Shown: one piece after another, positions 40,525 through 54,712 of the stretch
Position numbering within the stretch: position 1 is the first letter of the stretch
How the letters are laid out: each line of letters begins with the position of its first letter
Origin: Eledone cirrhosa
Taxonomy: Eukaryota
NCBI GenBank assembly: GCA_964016885.1
Contig: OZ024749.1
Span: forward strand, 10,292,001-10,356,000
Length of the DNA stretch: 64,000 nt
Direction of reading: 5' to 3'
Made by a program: the position numbers and the translations under genes
Notes under the pieces: generated by a model
The model's database searches: none
Seen by the model: the letters and a program-made list of their open reading frames with translations, nothing else
Told to the model about the DNA's origin: nothing

Positions 40525-40832
40525 ACAGTGGAACTTCACATCACAAACAAATCAGTTCCTCAACAATTTTTCTGAATATAAAACGTCTCGGTTCACGAAT
40601 GGTGTCTCGAGTAACGAACATGCAAACCGGCAACAATGCTTGGCACCAGGCTTGGAGTATTGACTGGAAAGTGTCACTTGCCATATAGTTAGTTACTATG
40701 GTGATATCTATCTGTCTTTCACACAGTCTCTCTCTCAACATTTCGTACAGGAAAATTGTTTCGGTTTACGAACATTTCAGGTGACAAACTGCTTTCAGGA
40801 ACGAATAAAGTTTGTGAACCGAGATTCCACTT
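40525..40832. mobile_element. Tigger/pogo-like MITE
   Basis: TA-CAGTGGAACTTC.. / ..GAGATTCCACTT-TA imperfect TIRs. Confidence 0.6.
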
Positions 40833-43040
40833 TACATATATGTGTGTGTGTTTACTTACTGTTAGTGCTTTCAACATGAGCTTCTCCAGTTGAGGTACGT
40901 GTGTATGTATGTATATAAGTACATATATCTATATATATGTGTGTATATATACCTACTGTTGTTGCTTTAAACATGAGCTACTATAAAGAAAGAATGAAAC
41001 AAGCTTTTGGTATCAACTGTTTTAATTCATATTGAATTTCTAGTCATTTTGTTTTTCTTTGTTTAAATTTTTTAAAAATGCTTTTAATATATATAATAAA
41101 ACTTTTTAATAATGAATTAAAAATATTTGTAATAATTTTTTTATTTTTCTTGTCATAATCATCATTTAACCCTTTAACTATTACTCTATATATACTATTG
41201 TATTTTCATGGTAAAGGCTTTACCTCACATAATATCGAATCTGAGATTTTTGATATTATTTATTTTGAGAACAATACCATAACATCAGTATGAGTAGCTA
41301 GTTACAGCTGGTTTAAACAGAAAGCAGTGAGAGAATTCTGGCTGAATATGGCCAGTTTAAACGCTACAGGGTTAACATCTGTTTTCTGTGCTACTCAGGA
41401 GCAAGTTATTCCATTGATCAAACAACTGGAACACTCATTGTGAAAATCAACAGATGTCCATACCACTGTATCATGACTACCCTCGGGTTAACCTTTTACC
41501 ATTTACATTATTCTATACATACTATTGTATTTTCACGGCAAAGACTTTATCTCACATGATATTAAATCTACGAGATTTTGATATTATTTATTTTGAGAAC
41601 AATACCTGAACATAAGTATGAGCATCTGGTTATGGCTAGTTTGAACAGAAAGGGGTGAGAGAATCCTGGCTGGATACGGCCGGTTTAAATATAAAGGGTT
41701 TAACAACAAGACAATTGACTGTCCTTGCTGCCGAGTGAGGGGGAGAGGAGGGAAGATAATTTACTGTTAATTAATTAAACAAATCCAGTGTCTGTGCTGT
41801 GTAATTATTTGTTAATTATTGTCTGGAGAACAACACTTCACTTTACATGGACACAGCAATGTACTTTGTCAAAACAATAGCAATAACTACAATAACAACT
41901 GCAGCAGCGAGAAGAAGAAGAAGGGGGAGATAAAGTAGAAGTGATTGTTCCAAGCAATGTATTTTTAAAGAGGGTGTGGGTTTGGGGATTGTCTTTATTT
42001 GTTTAAGAACTCTTGTTAGTGTTGTTTGGGTTGTTGTTGCGAGCTGAAGTTAAATACAGTTTGAACAAAGCTTTGGGAGTGAAATTTGGTGGACAGAAAC
42101 TGAAAGGTGTATATATATATATATATATATAAATGAAAGGTATAGAAATTGTTTTAGCGAGAAGCTAATAGTATTCTATAACATATATGCGACTATGTCG
42201 TCAAGATGGGAAAAATAGTTAACGTAAGATTTAGGAAAAATAATTCAAACTCATCTCAAAAGAGAATCAGGATACAAATTCATCCACAGAATTTAGTGAA
42301 ATCCAGGGAAAAATCAATAGACCCTTAACTCATAATAAAATAAAGTTTAAAATACTTATCCTTCAATTTGGAAAAACATCAAATGCTCTGTATAGTCTTA
42401 AAGACTATTTCATGAAAACTTTCAGTGGAGATGGTCACGGTTGGATTTCAATCGTCAGCAGAGCTCAACAGATAACCAGGGCTACCACAGAATTATAAGC
42501 CAAAAAGGGAATTCTAAAATATATATAAGTATTGAAGTTTCCGTTGAAAATTGAAAAAGTCATAGGAGTGAAGAGTGCTCTATGTCAGTTACAGAGCTAA
42601 ATTTAATGTATAATAAACAATTGTTTCTACTTTAGGCACAAGGCCAGCAATTACTCAGTGCATTACTGGTACTTTATTTTATCGACCCCGTAAGGATGAA
42701 AGGCAAAGTCAACCTCGGCGGGATTTGAACTCAGATTGTAAAGGGACGTAACTATGCTGGAAAGCATGGCGTCCGACCCTCTACTGATACTGCCAATCCA
42801 CTAAACAATACAATATAATTACCTCATTACCAGAGGTTTTCCGAATAAGACGAATACAAGAAACGTCCGCATTCGTTCATCAGGCAAGGCAACTTATATA
42901 TATGTAAATGTAATCTGAGATTTTTGAATATTAATAATAATATTTAATTCGTTTGCAATTATGCAAACAAGCCTCATTTTTAAAGCCATGTCAGTAGAAT
43001 GAGCCCCTCATTCTTGCTCTTGTGTTGGCATGTAAACAGA

Positions 43041-43087
43041 ATTGCAGACACTAATGTTTCTGGGTATAACCCTTCATCAGTACAGTT
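43041..43087 (-). ncRNA. Minimal hammerhead
   Basis: Minus: ACTGTA-CTGATGA-AGGGT(TAT)ACCCA-GAAA-CA(TTAG)TG-TC-TGCAAT; GUC site. Confidence 0.75.
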
Positions 43088-44149
43088 CACTGTTCACCTG
43101 CCAAACTGTCAGAGCTAGTGAAAATAAAAGCTATTTTCTAAAATATACAGTGACTGATCGGCCTGATTTGCATATTAGCAGACTAGCTGATCAGTCAGAT
43201 ATGCATATTAGCAGATCCACAGATCAGCCAGATTTGCATATCAGCAGACTAGCCAGTCAGTTTCCTGTATATGAGCAATGAATGGCCAGTTTTGCTATAT
43301 TGAAAAAAAAACAAAAACAAATTTGGCTCTACATGGCTGAATACAATAAATATAATCTGAGATTTTCGAATATTAATAAAAAATATTCGATTCGTATGTA
43401 ATTATGCAAACAAGCCTCATTTTTAAAGCCATGTTAGTAGAATATTATTATTAATATTCGAAAATCTCAGATTATATTTATTGTATTCAGCCATCATCAT
43501 CATTTCATTTTACGTTCGCTTTTTCCCTGCTTGCAAGGGTGGGACGGGAACTGATTCTGGCTTGATTTCTACAGCTGGATGCCCTTCCTAACACTAACCT
43601 CATTTACAGTGAGTGCTGGGTGCTTTTTTGCTGTGGCACCTCCACAACCACTTTGCAGTGGAATGATAGGGACCCCAGTCCCTATCATCTCATTTCTACA
43701 ACTGGAGCAATGTAAAATATAGTGTCTTGCTCAAGGAAACAACACATCACCCGGTCTGAGAATTGAACTCACAACCTTTCGATTGCAAGGCCAGATCGTA
43801 AAGGGACGTAACTATGCTGGAAAGCATGGCGTCCGACCCTCTACCGATATAATTGTTTCTACTTTTGGCACAAGGCCAGCTATTACCCCAGTGTATTACT
43901 TGTACTTTATTTTATCGACCCCGTAAGGATGAAAGGCAAAGTTAACCTCGGCGGGGTTTGAACTCAGAATGGAAAGGGCAGTTACTCTATGCGTCAAAGC
44001 ATGGCGTCCGACCCTCTACCGATACTGCCAAATGACAATTATAATGACGGCAATAATAATTTAAAAAAAGAAAGAAAGAATAGGGAAATATAGAGAAAGA
44101 AAGAAGAAAAAGAACGGGAATGGCAAAGGCTCTGGTATCGCAGAGGAGA

Positions 44150-44750
44150 GATGATTGGGCTTTGGGCCTAGGGCAAGAGAGCGGAAGAGCTGCGCCCCAC
44201 GGACAAGACGGCAAAAGCATTCCCGCAGACGATGGCCAGTGACAATCGCTGCAACAGCCACCCAACCTAGCGGGGCTCCCTCCTCAAACAGGCCACCAAC
44301 GCTCCGAGTACGGGGTCCAAGTACGCCTGAGTCTCGACGGCGGCCGGCCAAGCCCCGGTATTTGTTTATTTTACGTTCTTCTGCGATGCCGGGGTTTGTG
44401 GCCGAAGCGACTAAATTGAAGGCGGAGAACGTGTCGCAGCAGGTGGCGTCCCAGATGAGGGATCTACTTCCTTCGAATGGGAAGAGGGTGATTCCGCCGG
44501 GGCGCTTGCCATCTCCGCGGTCTAGGCCTGCTGTCTCCAGTTGAGATGGAAAGCCAGCTGCGTCCAGGGTTCTTCTCAATATGTCGTTGAGGGTGGCATG
44601 TCGGGGGAACCGACCTGAGCTCTGGCGGCAAGACAGATAGTGCAGACCGAACTTGTCATCAACTGCCCCGCAGTGGCATTTATGTGACTCACATACGCGG
44701 AGGCCAAGGCGTTGGGTTACTCCGATGCGACTGCACTCATCAATTGTTAT
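44150..44750 (-). mobile_element. CRE-like non-LTR retrotransposon 3' fragment (CCHC + restriction-like endonuclease)
   Basis: RLGL.VC..H.C.CGA..D..GLH.LSC..S.GRFPRH..LNDI..RGDGKRP.GITL.PF..LIWDAT..DTF..AEERKINKY. Confidence 0.85.
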
Positions 44751-45650
44751 TTTTAACATTACTTGCCCTCATGATAATGGTTTCTGATTTAGGCACAAGA
44801 CCAACAACTTTTGGAGAAGGGAAAGTCAATTAAATCGACCTCAGTGCATTACTGGCACTTTATTTTATCGATCCCGTAAGGATGAAAGGTAAAGATAACC
44901 TCGACAGGATTTGAACTCAGACCGCAACTCTATGCTGCAAAGCATTGTGTCTGACACTCTTACTGGCAAAATAGCCTCTTCCTATATAATGGAATGAAAT
45001 TCCTATTGTCATTGTCTCGGGGAAGATCTGCTTTGAAATGCCTGGGTGTTCTTGGTAAAAACCCCTTTGTTAAAATATTTCTAACAAAATACACCGCCTA
45101 TGATTTTCTATTTAGAGGGGTTCCGTAATGTAAGATTTTCGTGATTAAGCTGGTGTTTAGAAGCATAATAACTTTTAAAATATCTTACATAAAATTATGA
45201 TGGAAGGTTTAAATTTATATATGAACAACACTATTAAAATGAACGGTTTTTGTATCGTCGAAGTATGGGGCTATTTCATACGGGTTGGTGGTATAAAAAG
45301 TGTCTTTTGGTCGTGAAATGGTTGGTAAGCAGTGTTCTTTAAGACTCTACTCCAAACAGTAACAGGTCCAGCCACCTCTACCGCCACTACTACCACCGAC
45401 AATGAAACAAAATCGACCTTGTGTACTTTTAGAATAAATAATTGTCGTGATATTGATTCCTATTTGTCCACGTTTATATTGGTGTAGCAGTAGCACCATA
45501 ACCTTATTTAGCGACATTACTAGACTAGTCGGCTATCCTACAACACAGCCACCGATCTACACCAGCTGAAGCGGCTCTTAAATAACAACACTCCGTGTGT
45601 TTATATATACTAATATATAAATTGTGGCTGAAATAACTTATTAAAATTAA

Positions 45651-45728
45651 ATGGAAGGTGAGAAGATCAAAATATTAGATGGAGGTACAGGAACACAGCT
45701 TGTTCGGATGGGATTCACAGAAGTAGAT
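45651..45728 (+). CDS. Homocysteine S-methyltransferase (MmuM/HMT family) exon 1
   Basis: MEGEKIKILDGGTGTQLVRMGFTEVD |gtaagt; N-terminal ILDGG..T.L motif of the S-methyl_trans family. Confidence 0.9.
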
Positions 45729-46879
45729 GTAAGTTTATTTTTCCTTCTCTCCATCATAGTAAACATCTAAGCAATATTTGTAAAGCCATTTACCCTTCAT
45801 GTTTGATATATATATATATATACACACACACAAACATGCGTGTATATGTAATGTCTCTCTCTATATAGAATTAGCTGTAGAAACGACAAGAGCTCGGCCG
45901 TCGGGCCCCGACTCTAATATATAAATATATATAAATCTATATTAAATAATGATGCTTACACTTTACTAATGTATTGAGTACCTTTCTAGAGGAACACACG
46001 ACAAAGAAAAAGGAGGAAAAGATAAGGGAAAGACAGACTGTTGTCAGTAAACTTGTTAATTACTGTGTCGTATTGAATATAGACAGTGAATACAGGACCG
46101 TAGTTCAGTATTAATGATGTGTGATAATAGACACAACCCTCCCCTCGCATACATTGCAATCCTTTGTGTATATATATATATGTGTGTATGTATGTATGTT
46201 TGTATATATAGTCGTGTCTCGTAATCCTGTGGGTATACACGGAGGTGAAACCACAGTAACAAGACTCCTCACTTAGCCATAATATATATTTATCTCCACA
46301 AACTACCAAAACACACATCTATTGTATATGTGCTACAATTTATGTACATGTTATGTTTATCGCATATCGAATATATTTTTTTTTTTATATCTTGGTTGAT
46401 ATTTGGTAACAGCTAAACTAATTACTGCAACTAAATTGACCAAATGTGCCCCCCCCCCCCCCCACAATTCAGAAATGCTTCCACCGCACACATATATATA
46501 TATGCATTTATAATAACATGGTATGTGTATGTATATATACCCGTGTTTACAATAGTATGTATATATATATATACACGACAGTAAGTCATTTAATCAACAC
46601 TATGATAGTTTGTTTTTTTAATTAAACTTAATTAGAAATAATTAATTACACCTGTTACATGTATATCGATTATTGAATGGAATTGAAAATAGATAAATTG
46701 ATTAACATTTTTTTTTTGTTGGATAATTTCGACTTTATTCATTTAAAATAGTTTCGTATTTACGACAATATAACGGTTGTATACATACATATACGCACTT
46801 GTGAGTGTTCATCAAAGCTCAGTCTTGAACCCCCTCAAGTTTATCATAGTTCCCAAGTCATAACAGGGATTCCTAAAGA

Positions 46880-47155
46880 ATCTTTCCATCAACCACCGGA
46901 ATGCACCACATTTAATGTCACCAGTGCTGCCAAAGGAGCTGCGTTGGCATCACCAAGGCTCAAGTCGAAAGACTTCTATACTGGACTTGTAATCAGTGCC
47001 ATTTTAGCCCCGACGTACTCCGTGCTTCAACAACCAGTTCTCCACCGAGGACTTTGTCTCAGCCCTCAAGGGTTTATCCAAATTGAAGCTCATCAACCGG
47101 ATCCCTAAGGGAGCTCGGAATAGCTTTGCACGTGCCCTCTCCAATCTATTGAAAA
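46880..47155 (+). mobile_element. Probable CRE-like N-terminal fragment
   Basis: LINRIPKGARNSFARALSNLL resembles the RIPK.AR..A..L segment preceding CRE RT domains. Confidence 0.45.
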
Positions 47156-48292
47156 ACATAAAACACCCAGCACACACTGTAAAGTGGTCGTGTAGGTGTC
47201 ACGACGAAAAGCAACCAGCACACACTGTAAATGTAGTTGGCGTTAGGAAGGGTATCCAGCTGAAGAAACCAAGCTAAAATCAGTACTGTGTGAGTGAAAC
47301 ACGGTCCTCCGACCTGATCTCTCACAAAGGGACAGCATGGAAAATAGATGTTAAACAATGATGATGATGATGAGAGAGAGAGAGATAGGTAAAATCCTGA
47401 CTGTGGTGCCAAGCAGTTTCGTCTTATGTGTTCAGAAAGCCTTTCAAGGGTGTAGTAATTTTAGCAGGGTGTGTAAAAATAGGTTACTAGTCTTGGTAGT
47501 TAGGTCAAATTTATCATTGTGGAAAGCTGGGCTGGGGGAGAAAATTGGGGGCAGAGAAAGGTGAGGGTATCTAGGCAAGCCAGGAGTAGGAAGTAATGGT
47601 CATAGGAATAGGGGACGGAAGGGATGAGGGGGTAAGGCTGTACAGACAGGGCTTACAAGTTGGAAGAGTATTTTTAAGAAAAAATAAAATAAAAAGTATC
47701 TATCTATCTATCTACTGACATATATACTGTATTGCTGAGGGTCGGACGCCATGCTTTCCAGCATAGTTACGTCCCTTTACGATCTGAGTTCAAATCCCGC
47801 CGAGGTTGACTTTGCCTTTCATCCTTACAGGGTCGATAAAATAAAGTACCAGTAATGCACTGGGTATTTGCTGGCCTTGTGCCTAAAGTAGAAACAATTA
47901 TATATACTGTATTGCAGCTCTTGACTACATCTATCTATCTATCTATTACTAAGTCTGTGATTGCTTGCTTGCTTGTCTGTAATGTAATACAGCGAAAAGG
48001 GCGCATAATGGGAAAATTCTTTGAAAGTAAGTTGCCCCTGAAATGGGAATACAAATGGAATAAAACAAGTTTCATGTAAATCAATAAATCAAAGCACGGG
48101 TTCCCGAGATATGGGGTTTTCTGGGTACCTTCATAAATAGAGAGGTAAAAGGATAGAGAGAAAGAGATAGTGGTTGTGAAAGAGTAGATTGAAAGAGAGA
48201 GGAGAAGGAGAATGGAAGAGAGAGAGAGAGAGCTGGTGGTGTTGTGTATATATATATGTGAGTGTGTGTATATATATATATATATGCGTGTG

Positions 48293-48437
48293 GGCATACG
48301 TCAAGAGGGGCGGTCTCGAAAGTGAAAGTAAATTTATTTTCATTTTCGAACGTCGTGTTTACATTTTGTGTGTGTTTAGATCTAAATTAGTTACTGAGAT
48401 TAAAGACAGAATCAGAGCCTCTGTCGTTTTAACTGAT

Positions 48438-48468
<31 letters not shown>

Positions 48469-48893
48469 AGTTGACGGTTGAGAGAAGAGTACTCAATACC
48501 GAAGTAATCTTGTAATGAGGCTTGCAGAATGGTGACTCCGCCATTCTAGACGCTGCTGCCTTGTAGAAGTCCCAAATCGAAGCTCTGACACTCTCGTCCC
48601 CATCATTCAGCAGGGATTTTGCCAGGCAGCCGCATCATCTCCGATGGTTGGGCTTCCTATTCGGAAATTGAAGGTGGGATTTACGTTCATGATGTTGTGG
48701 CGCACGAACGGAACTTTGTAGATCCTGCGGACCCTGATGTGCACACACAGCTCATAGAGAACACATGGAGCCGTGCAAAGAAGAAGCTTCGTCGCCAGCA
48801 TGTTTCGTTTGAACACACAAAATGTAAACACGACGTTCGAAAATGAAAATAAATTTACTTTCACTTTTGAGACCGCCGGTCTTGACGTATGCC
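48293..48893 (+). mobile_element. Internally deleted Merlin/IS1016-like (ISXO2 domain) DNA transposon in HMT intron 1
   Basis: About 80-bp TIRs GGCATACGTCAAGA.. / ..TCTTGACGTATGCC; internal VPNRSSDTL.PII..PGSRIISDGWASY..V.H..NFVDP..VHTQLIENTWSRAK. Confidence 0.87.
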
Positions 48894-48903
48894 CCCCCCC
48901 CCC

Positions 48904-48958
<55 letters not shown>

Positions 48959-49987
48959 TTTATATATATACATACACATGTATATATATGGACCTTCCAG
49001 TTTCACTTCACATTATATACATGTCTGTGTATATTTTAATTATTTAAAAATTATTTTTAAGTGAACATGATTTTTAAAAAAATATTTTGAAGTGAACGTT
49101 GGGTCTCTACTTCCCTTTGAGATTTGATTGTATATCATCATCATCATCGTTTAACGTCCATGTTCCACGCTTGCATGGGTTTGGACGGGAGTTTTCCCAC
49201 TTGAGGCAAGAGTGGTTGTCTTGCTCGCATAGGACTGTCTGGCGGGTTTTCTACAGCTGGATGCCCTTCCTAACACCAACCACATTTACAGTGTGGGACT
49301 GGGAGGTTTTTATCGTGTTGCCTACACGGCCACATTACAGCGTAGACTGTGTGTTTTTTGTCGTGACACCTACACGATCTCATTTGTTTCGGCCTGGATG
49401 TTGTGGCACCAACATAACTTTACATTGAAAGGGGCGGCGTGGATGGGGTGGGGGTGGTGGGACGGGGGTGTGTTTTGTTAGAGATGCCTACTGACTGTAG
49501 TAGGTTTTAATTTGTATTTAGGTAAGGCGGGTCTTCTCTATTACTGAGTACCGCCAAAGATCTCGGTCCAGTGACATTGTCTTGGAGAGGTGTAAGTGTG
49601 TGAGGTATACCTCAGATATTCAAATCAGCAAACAGCGAAAGACGCCTTCCGGACTTGTCCGACAGACAACCTTTTCCCCCACCCCGGAAAAAAACCCCAG
49701 TTGATGGATGTGAATCCGAAATATATAGGGACTATTAAATCTCTCCCAAGGTAACTCTCTCTTGTGTCGTTATTTTTATTTTTATCCTTTTACTCTTCCC
49801 TCCATTCTACACATCTCACACATCTTATACACACCACGCATCTCAACGTACACCCACTTACATCTCTCTCTCCACCACCGGACCTTGTTACCCGGAGATT
49901 TACCCATTTGCATTGTCGAGGCTTCCAAACGACTTATAGATATTTACTTATTGTTCCACAATGCTTCAAGCAAACTTCAATACTCTT

Positions 49988-50034
49988 GTATATATATATG
50001 ATTGTATATGTATAATATATGATTGTATATATAT

Positions 50035-50070
<36 letters not shown>

Positions 50071-50196
50071 TGTATATGTATAATATATGATTGTATATGT
50101 ATAATATATGATTGTATATATATATAATTATATATATATATATATATATATGATTGTATATATATATAATTATATATATATATATATATATATATA

Positions 50197-50237
<41 letters not shown>

Positions 50238-50348
50238 GTATATATATATATATAATTGTATATATATATATATATATAATTGTATATATATATATATATA
50301 TATATATAATTGTATATATATGTATATATATATATATATATATGATTG

Positions 50349-50380
<32 letters not shown>

Positions 50381-50487
50381 TATGATTGTATATATATATA
50401 TGATTGTATATGTATAATATATGATTGTATATATATATAATTATATATATATATATATATATATATAATTGTATATATATATATATA

Positions 50488-50522
<35 letters not shown>

Positions 50523-50783
50523 GTATATATATATATATAATTGTATATATATATATATATATATATATAATTGTATATATATGTATATATATATATATAT
50601 ATATATGATTGTATATATATGTATATATATATATATATATATATGATTGTATATATATATATGATTGTATATATATATATGATTGTATATATATATATGA
50701 TTGTATATATATATATGATTGTATATATATATGATTGTATATATATATAATTGTATATATATATATATATGATTGTATATATA
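49988..50783. repeat. Compound (TA)n/ATTGT microsatellite
   Basis: Repeated [GA]ATTG(TA)n units over ~800 bp. Confidence 0.95.
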
Positions 50784-50784
50784 T

Positions 50785-51650
50785 CATCATCATCATCATT
50801 TTACGTCCGGTTTTCCCTGCTTGCAAGGGTGGGACGGGTCTTATTCAGCACAGCATCTCTCCACTCGTCACAGTCCTTCATCATCTCAACCGTGAGCTTC
50901 AATGATCTGAGGTCTGTTCTCACCACCTCCGCCCATGTTTTTCGTGGTCTACCTCTACCACGTCTTCCTTCAACTGGCATTTCCTGGCACTTCTTCACCC
51001 ATCAGTCATCCTCCATGCGCATCACATGTCCATACCACCTCAGTCTCCTCTCCCGTACACTACATTCTATCCCTCTCAGACACAGTTTCTCTCTCAACAC
51101 ATTTATGCTGGGTCGTTCACGCACATTTACACTGCACATCCAACGGAGCATGCTTGCCTCATTTCTCTCCAGCCGTCGCATATCCTCTGCAGTTGCTGCC
51201 CATGTCTCACTACCATGCAGCATCGCGCTCCTCACACAGTCATCATACAACCGGCCTTTCGTACGCAGGGAGAAACCCTTCTTCGTCAACAGAGGAAGCA
51301 GCTCCCTAAACTTCTTCCAACCTGTCCTTATTCTAGATACTATGGCCTCGGAACACCCTCCTCCCATGCTAATCTGATCTCCTAGGTACCGGAAGCTATC
51401 CACCACTTCTATAGCACCCTCCTGCATTTGAAAAATGTGTCTATCAATGCGACTTCTACTGTCTAATTTCCCTGTACATCTACTGCATACATATTTCTCC
51501 CTACCTGTTAATTTTCCTGCTATCCCGCTACATCTCTTGTGTACCCAGGATCTGCATTGTGTGCATTTTATAGAATTTATGCCAGTTCCTTTTCTGCTTA
51601 TCAAACATGGCCATTTCCCTGGCGGAATCAGAGTTTTGTCCTCTTTTCTA

Positions 51651-51655
<5 letters not shown>
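50785..51655 (-). mobile_element. 5'-truncated RTE LINE, close copy of 28861-29730
   Basis: Near-identical DNA and protein to the 3' part of the long RTE; (ATG)n tail; (TA)n on both sides. Confidence 0.92.
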
Positions 51656-51715
<60 letters not shown>

Positions 51716-51850
51716 GAAACTGACTGGCCAGTCTACTGATATGTAAATCTGGCTGATCAGTGGATTGAATCGACTTTCCCCTTCCCTCCAAATTGCTGGC
51801 CTTATGCCTAAAGTAGAAACTATTATTATTATTGCCATCATTTTTTCCAG

Positions 51851-51918
51851 CACAATCCACTCTTCAGTGCCCAGTTGATCTCCACTAACCCAGACGCCAT
51901 CAAAGAATGCCATAAAAG
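51851..51918 (+). CDS. HMT exon 2
   Basis: ttttttccag| HNPLFSAQLISTNPDAIKECHK-AG |gttacc; matches PLWSA.LL...P..I...H. Confidence 0.88.
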
Positions 51919-52619
51919 GTTACCATCTCTTTTCTCATTTTACTTTCTTCGTACTTGTATTATGGGGGAGGTCATGTTGCTAGTTTTAAATAGTTTATAT
52001 TTATTTAAAATCCTTCCAGCATAATTATTTGTAGCAACCTTTGTTAAGTTATGTTCCATACATCAGCTTAATGAGAAAAGTTAGTTATATTACTAAATTT
52101 CACTAAAATTTTTATTGCTTTTAAATTTATTTGTAAATAATAGCCAGTTGATTTCCTTAGAAATATGATGATGAAAAGATTAAATTATGTTCCAAACACC
52201 AGCTTAATCCTTTGGCATTTAAACTGACCATATCCGGCCAGAGTTCTCTCACTTCTTTCTGTTCAATCCAGTCATAAACCAGCTGCTCATACTTATGTTA
52301 AGGTATTCTTCTCAAAATAGATACCAAATTCTCGAAGATTCAATATTATGTTAGGTAAGGCCTTTTCTGTGAAAATATAACAGTAAATTTAGAGTAATGT
52401 GAATGCTAAAGGGTTAAAAATGCAAAAAATTAGTTATATTATTAAACCTCTTCAAACTCTTGATTATTTTCAAAATTAATTGAAAATCATAGGCAGCACC
52501 TTTAACCTTCTGACGCTCTAGGTGCCTTATGTCACTGATAGAGTGATCTCCCCTTAACATATAATAAAGTTTCAAAGGAAGCAATTCATAAAAAAATTCT
52601 GTGTGTTAAAGGTTAATTA

Positions 52620-53970
52620 TGATAATGAAAGGGTTAACAGTGTTATATGACTAGATATGGTAATGAAAGGGTTAACAGTATTATATGACTAGATATGGTA
52701 ATGAAAGGGTTAACAGTATTATATGACTAGATATAGTAATGAAAGGGTTAACAGTATTATATGACTAGATATGGTAATGAAAGGGTTAACAGTATTATAT
52801 GACTAGATATGGTAATGAAAGGGTTAACAGTGTTATATGACTAGATATGGTAATGAAAGGGTTAACAGTGTTATGTGACTAGATATGGTAATGAAAGGGT
52901 TAACAGTATTATATGACTAGATATGATAATGAAAGGGTTAACAGTGTTATGTGACTAGATATGGTAATGAAAGGGTTAACAGTGGTATGTGACTAGATAT
53001 GGTAATGAAAGGGTTAACAGTGTTATGTGACTAGATATGGTAATGAAAGGGTTAAGTATTATATGACTAGATATGGTAATGAAAGAGTTAACAGTATTAT
53101 ATGACTAGATATGGTAATGAAAGGGTTAACAGTATTATATGACTAGATATGGTAATGAAAGGGTTAACAGTGTTATATGACTAGATATGGTAATGAAAGG
53201 GTTAAGTATTATATGACTAGATATGGTAATGAAAGGGTTAACAGTATTATATGACTAGATATGGTAATGAAAGGGTTAACAGTGTTATATGACTAGATAT
53301 GGTAATGAAAGGGTTAACAGTATTATATGACTAGATATGGTAATGAAAGAGTTAACAGTATTATATGACTAGATATGGTAATGAAAGGGTTAACAGTATT
53401 ATATGACTAGATATGATAATGAAAGGGTTAACAGTGTTATATGACTAGATATGGTAATGAAAGGGTTAAGTATTATATGACTAGATATGGTAATGAAAGG
53501 GTTAATAGTATTATATGACTAGATATGGTAATGAAAGGGTTAACAGTGTTATATGACTAGATATGGTAATGAAAGAGTTAACAGTATTATATGACTAGAT
53601 ATGGTAATGAAAGGGTTAAGTATTATATGACTAGATATGGTAATGAAAGGGTTAAGTATTATATGACTAGATAGGTAAAGGGTTAACAGTATTATATGAC
53701 TAGATAGGTAATGAAAGGGTTAACAGTATTATATGACTAGATATGGTAATGAAAGGGTTAAGTATTATATGACTAGATATGGTAATGAAAGGGTTAACAG
53801 TATTATATGACTAGATATGGTAATGAAAGGGTTAATAGTGTTATATGACTAGATATGGTAATGAAAGGGTTAACAGTATTATATGACTAGATATGGTAAT
53901 GAAAGGGTTAATAGTATTATATGACTAGATATGGTAATGAAAGAGTTAACAGTATTATATGACTAGATAA
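52620..53970. repeat. 38-bp minisatellite, ~35 copies (ATGGTAATGAAAGGGTTAACAGTATTATATGACTAGAT)
   Basis: Head-to-tail units without spacers, ending ~50 nt before HMT exon 3. Confidence 0.97.
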
Positions 53971-54018
53971 GTGTTACTATAAGATTTCTTAAGTAATTTA
54001 TTTTTACAATATCAACAG

Positions 54019-54185
54019 GTTTTTCCTTGCTGGTTCTGATGTTGTTGTAACAGCAACATATCAAGCCAGTGTTGAAGGCTTCCAGAAAAATCTAAAGGTT
54101 ACTGCTGAGGAGGCTAAAAACCTGATGAAAACTGGAGTAAATTTAGCAAAACAAGCTCAGTGGGAAGTCCAAAAGGAAAACCCAG
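54019..54185 (+). CDS. HMT exon 3
   Basis: caacag| (R)FFLAGSDVVVTATYQASVEGFQKNLKVTAEEAKNLMKTGVNLAKQAQWEVQKENP-G |gtaag; contains the AGAD...T..YQAS..GF motif. Confidence 0.93.
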
Positions 54186-54374
54186 GTAAGAAAAGGACAA
54201 TAATAGTTGCCATGAAAGGAAGTGAAAAAATTTATTGGGAATTTATTAGAAAGTTTTCCAATGATTTGTTGACTGAGTGAACAGAACTGGTCTTGTAAGA
54301 GCCACATTTCAATGAAATCAGCATCATCATCATTTAACAGCTATTTTACATGGTAGCATGGGTTATATATAGTG

Positions 54375-54712
54375 AAAGTGCATGGCTTAGTGGTTAGAGT
54401 GTCGGGCTTACAATTTTGAGGTTGTGAGTTCGATTCTTGGACGGGGCCTTGCCTTGTGCCCTTGAGCAAGACACTTTATTTCACATTGCTTCAGTTCACT
54501 CAGTTGTAGAAATGTGTTGCCATGTCTCTGGTGCTAAGCTGTATTGGCCATTGTCTTTCCCTTGGACAACATCAGTGGCATGGAGAGAGGAGACTGGTAT
54601 GTATGGAGGACTGCTGGTCTTCCACAAACAACCTTTCCCAGGCTTGTGCCTCAGAAGGGGACTTTCTAGGTACAAATCCCATGGTCATTTGTGATAGAAG
54701 AGGGTCTTTATG
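54375..54712 (+). mobile_element. CORE-type SINE with a different 3' tail (related copy ~34325-34660 -)
   Basis: Similar tRNA head and CORE block, then ggtgctaagctgtattggcc..ttgtgcctcagaagggg..gggtcttta. Confidence 0.7.

Noticed and set aside
51002-51913. 303-aa minus-strand ORF
   Set aside because: Chance read-through joining antisense HMT exon 2, a SINE tail, (TA)n and a truncated RTE.
52620-53970. CRISPR-like appearance of the 38-bp and 48-bp arrays
   Set aside because: Head-to-tail repeats with no unique spacers, no cas genes, eukaryotic context.
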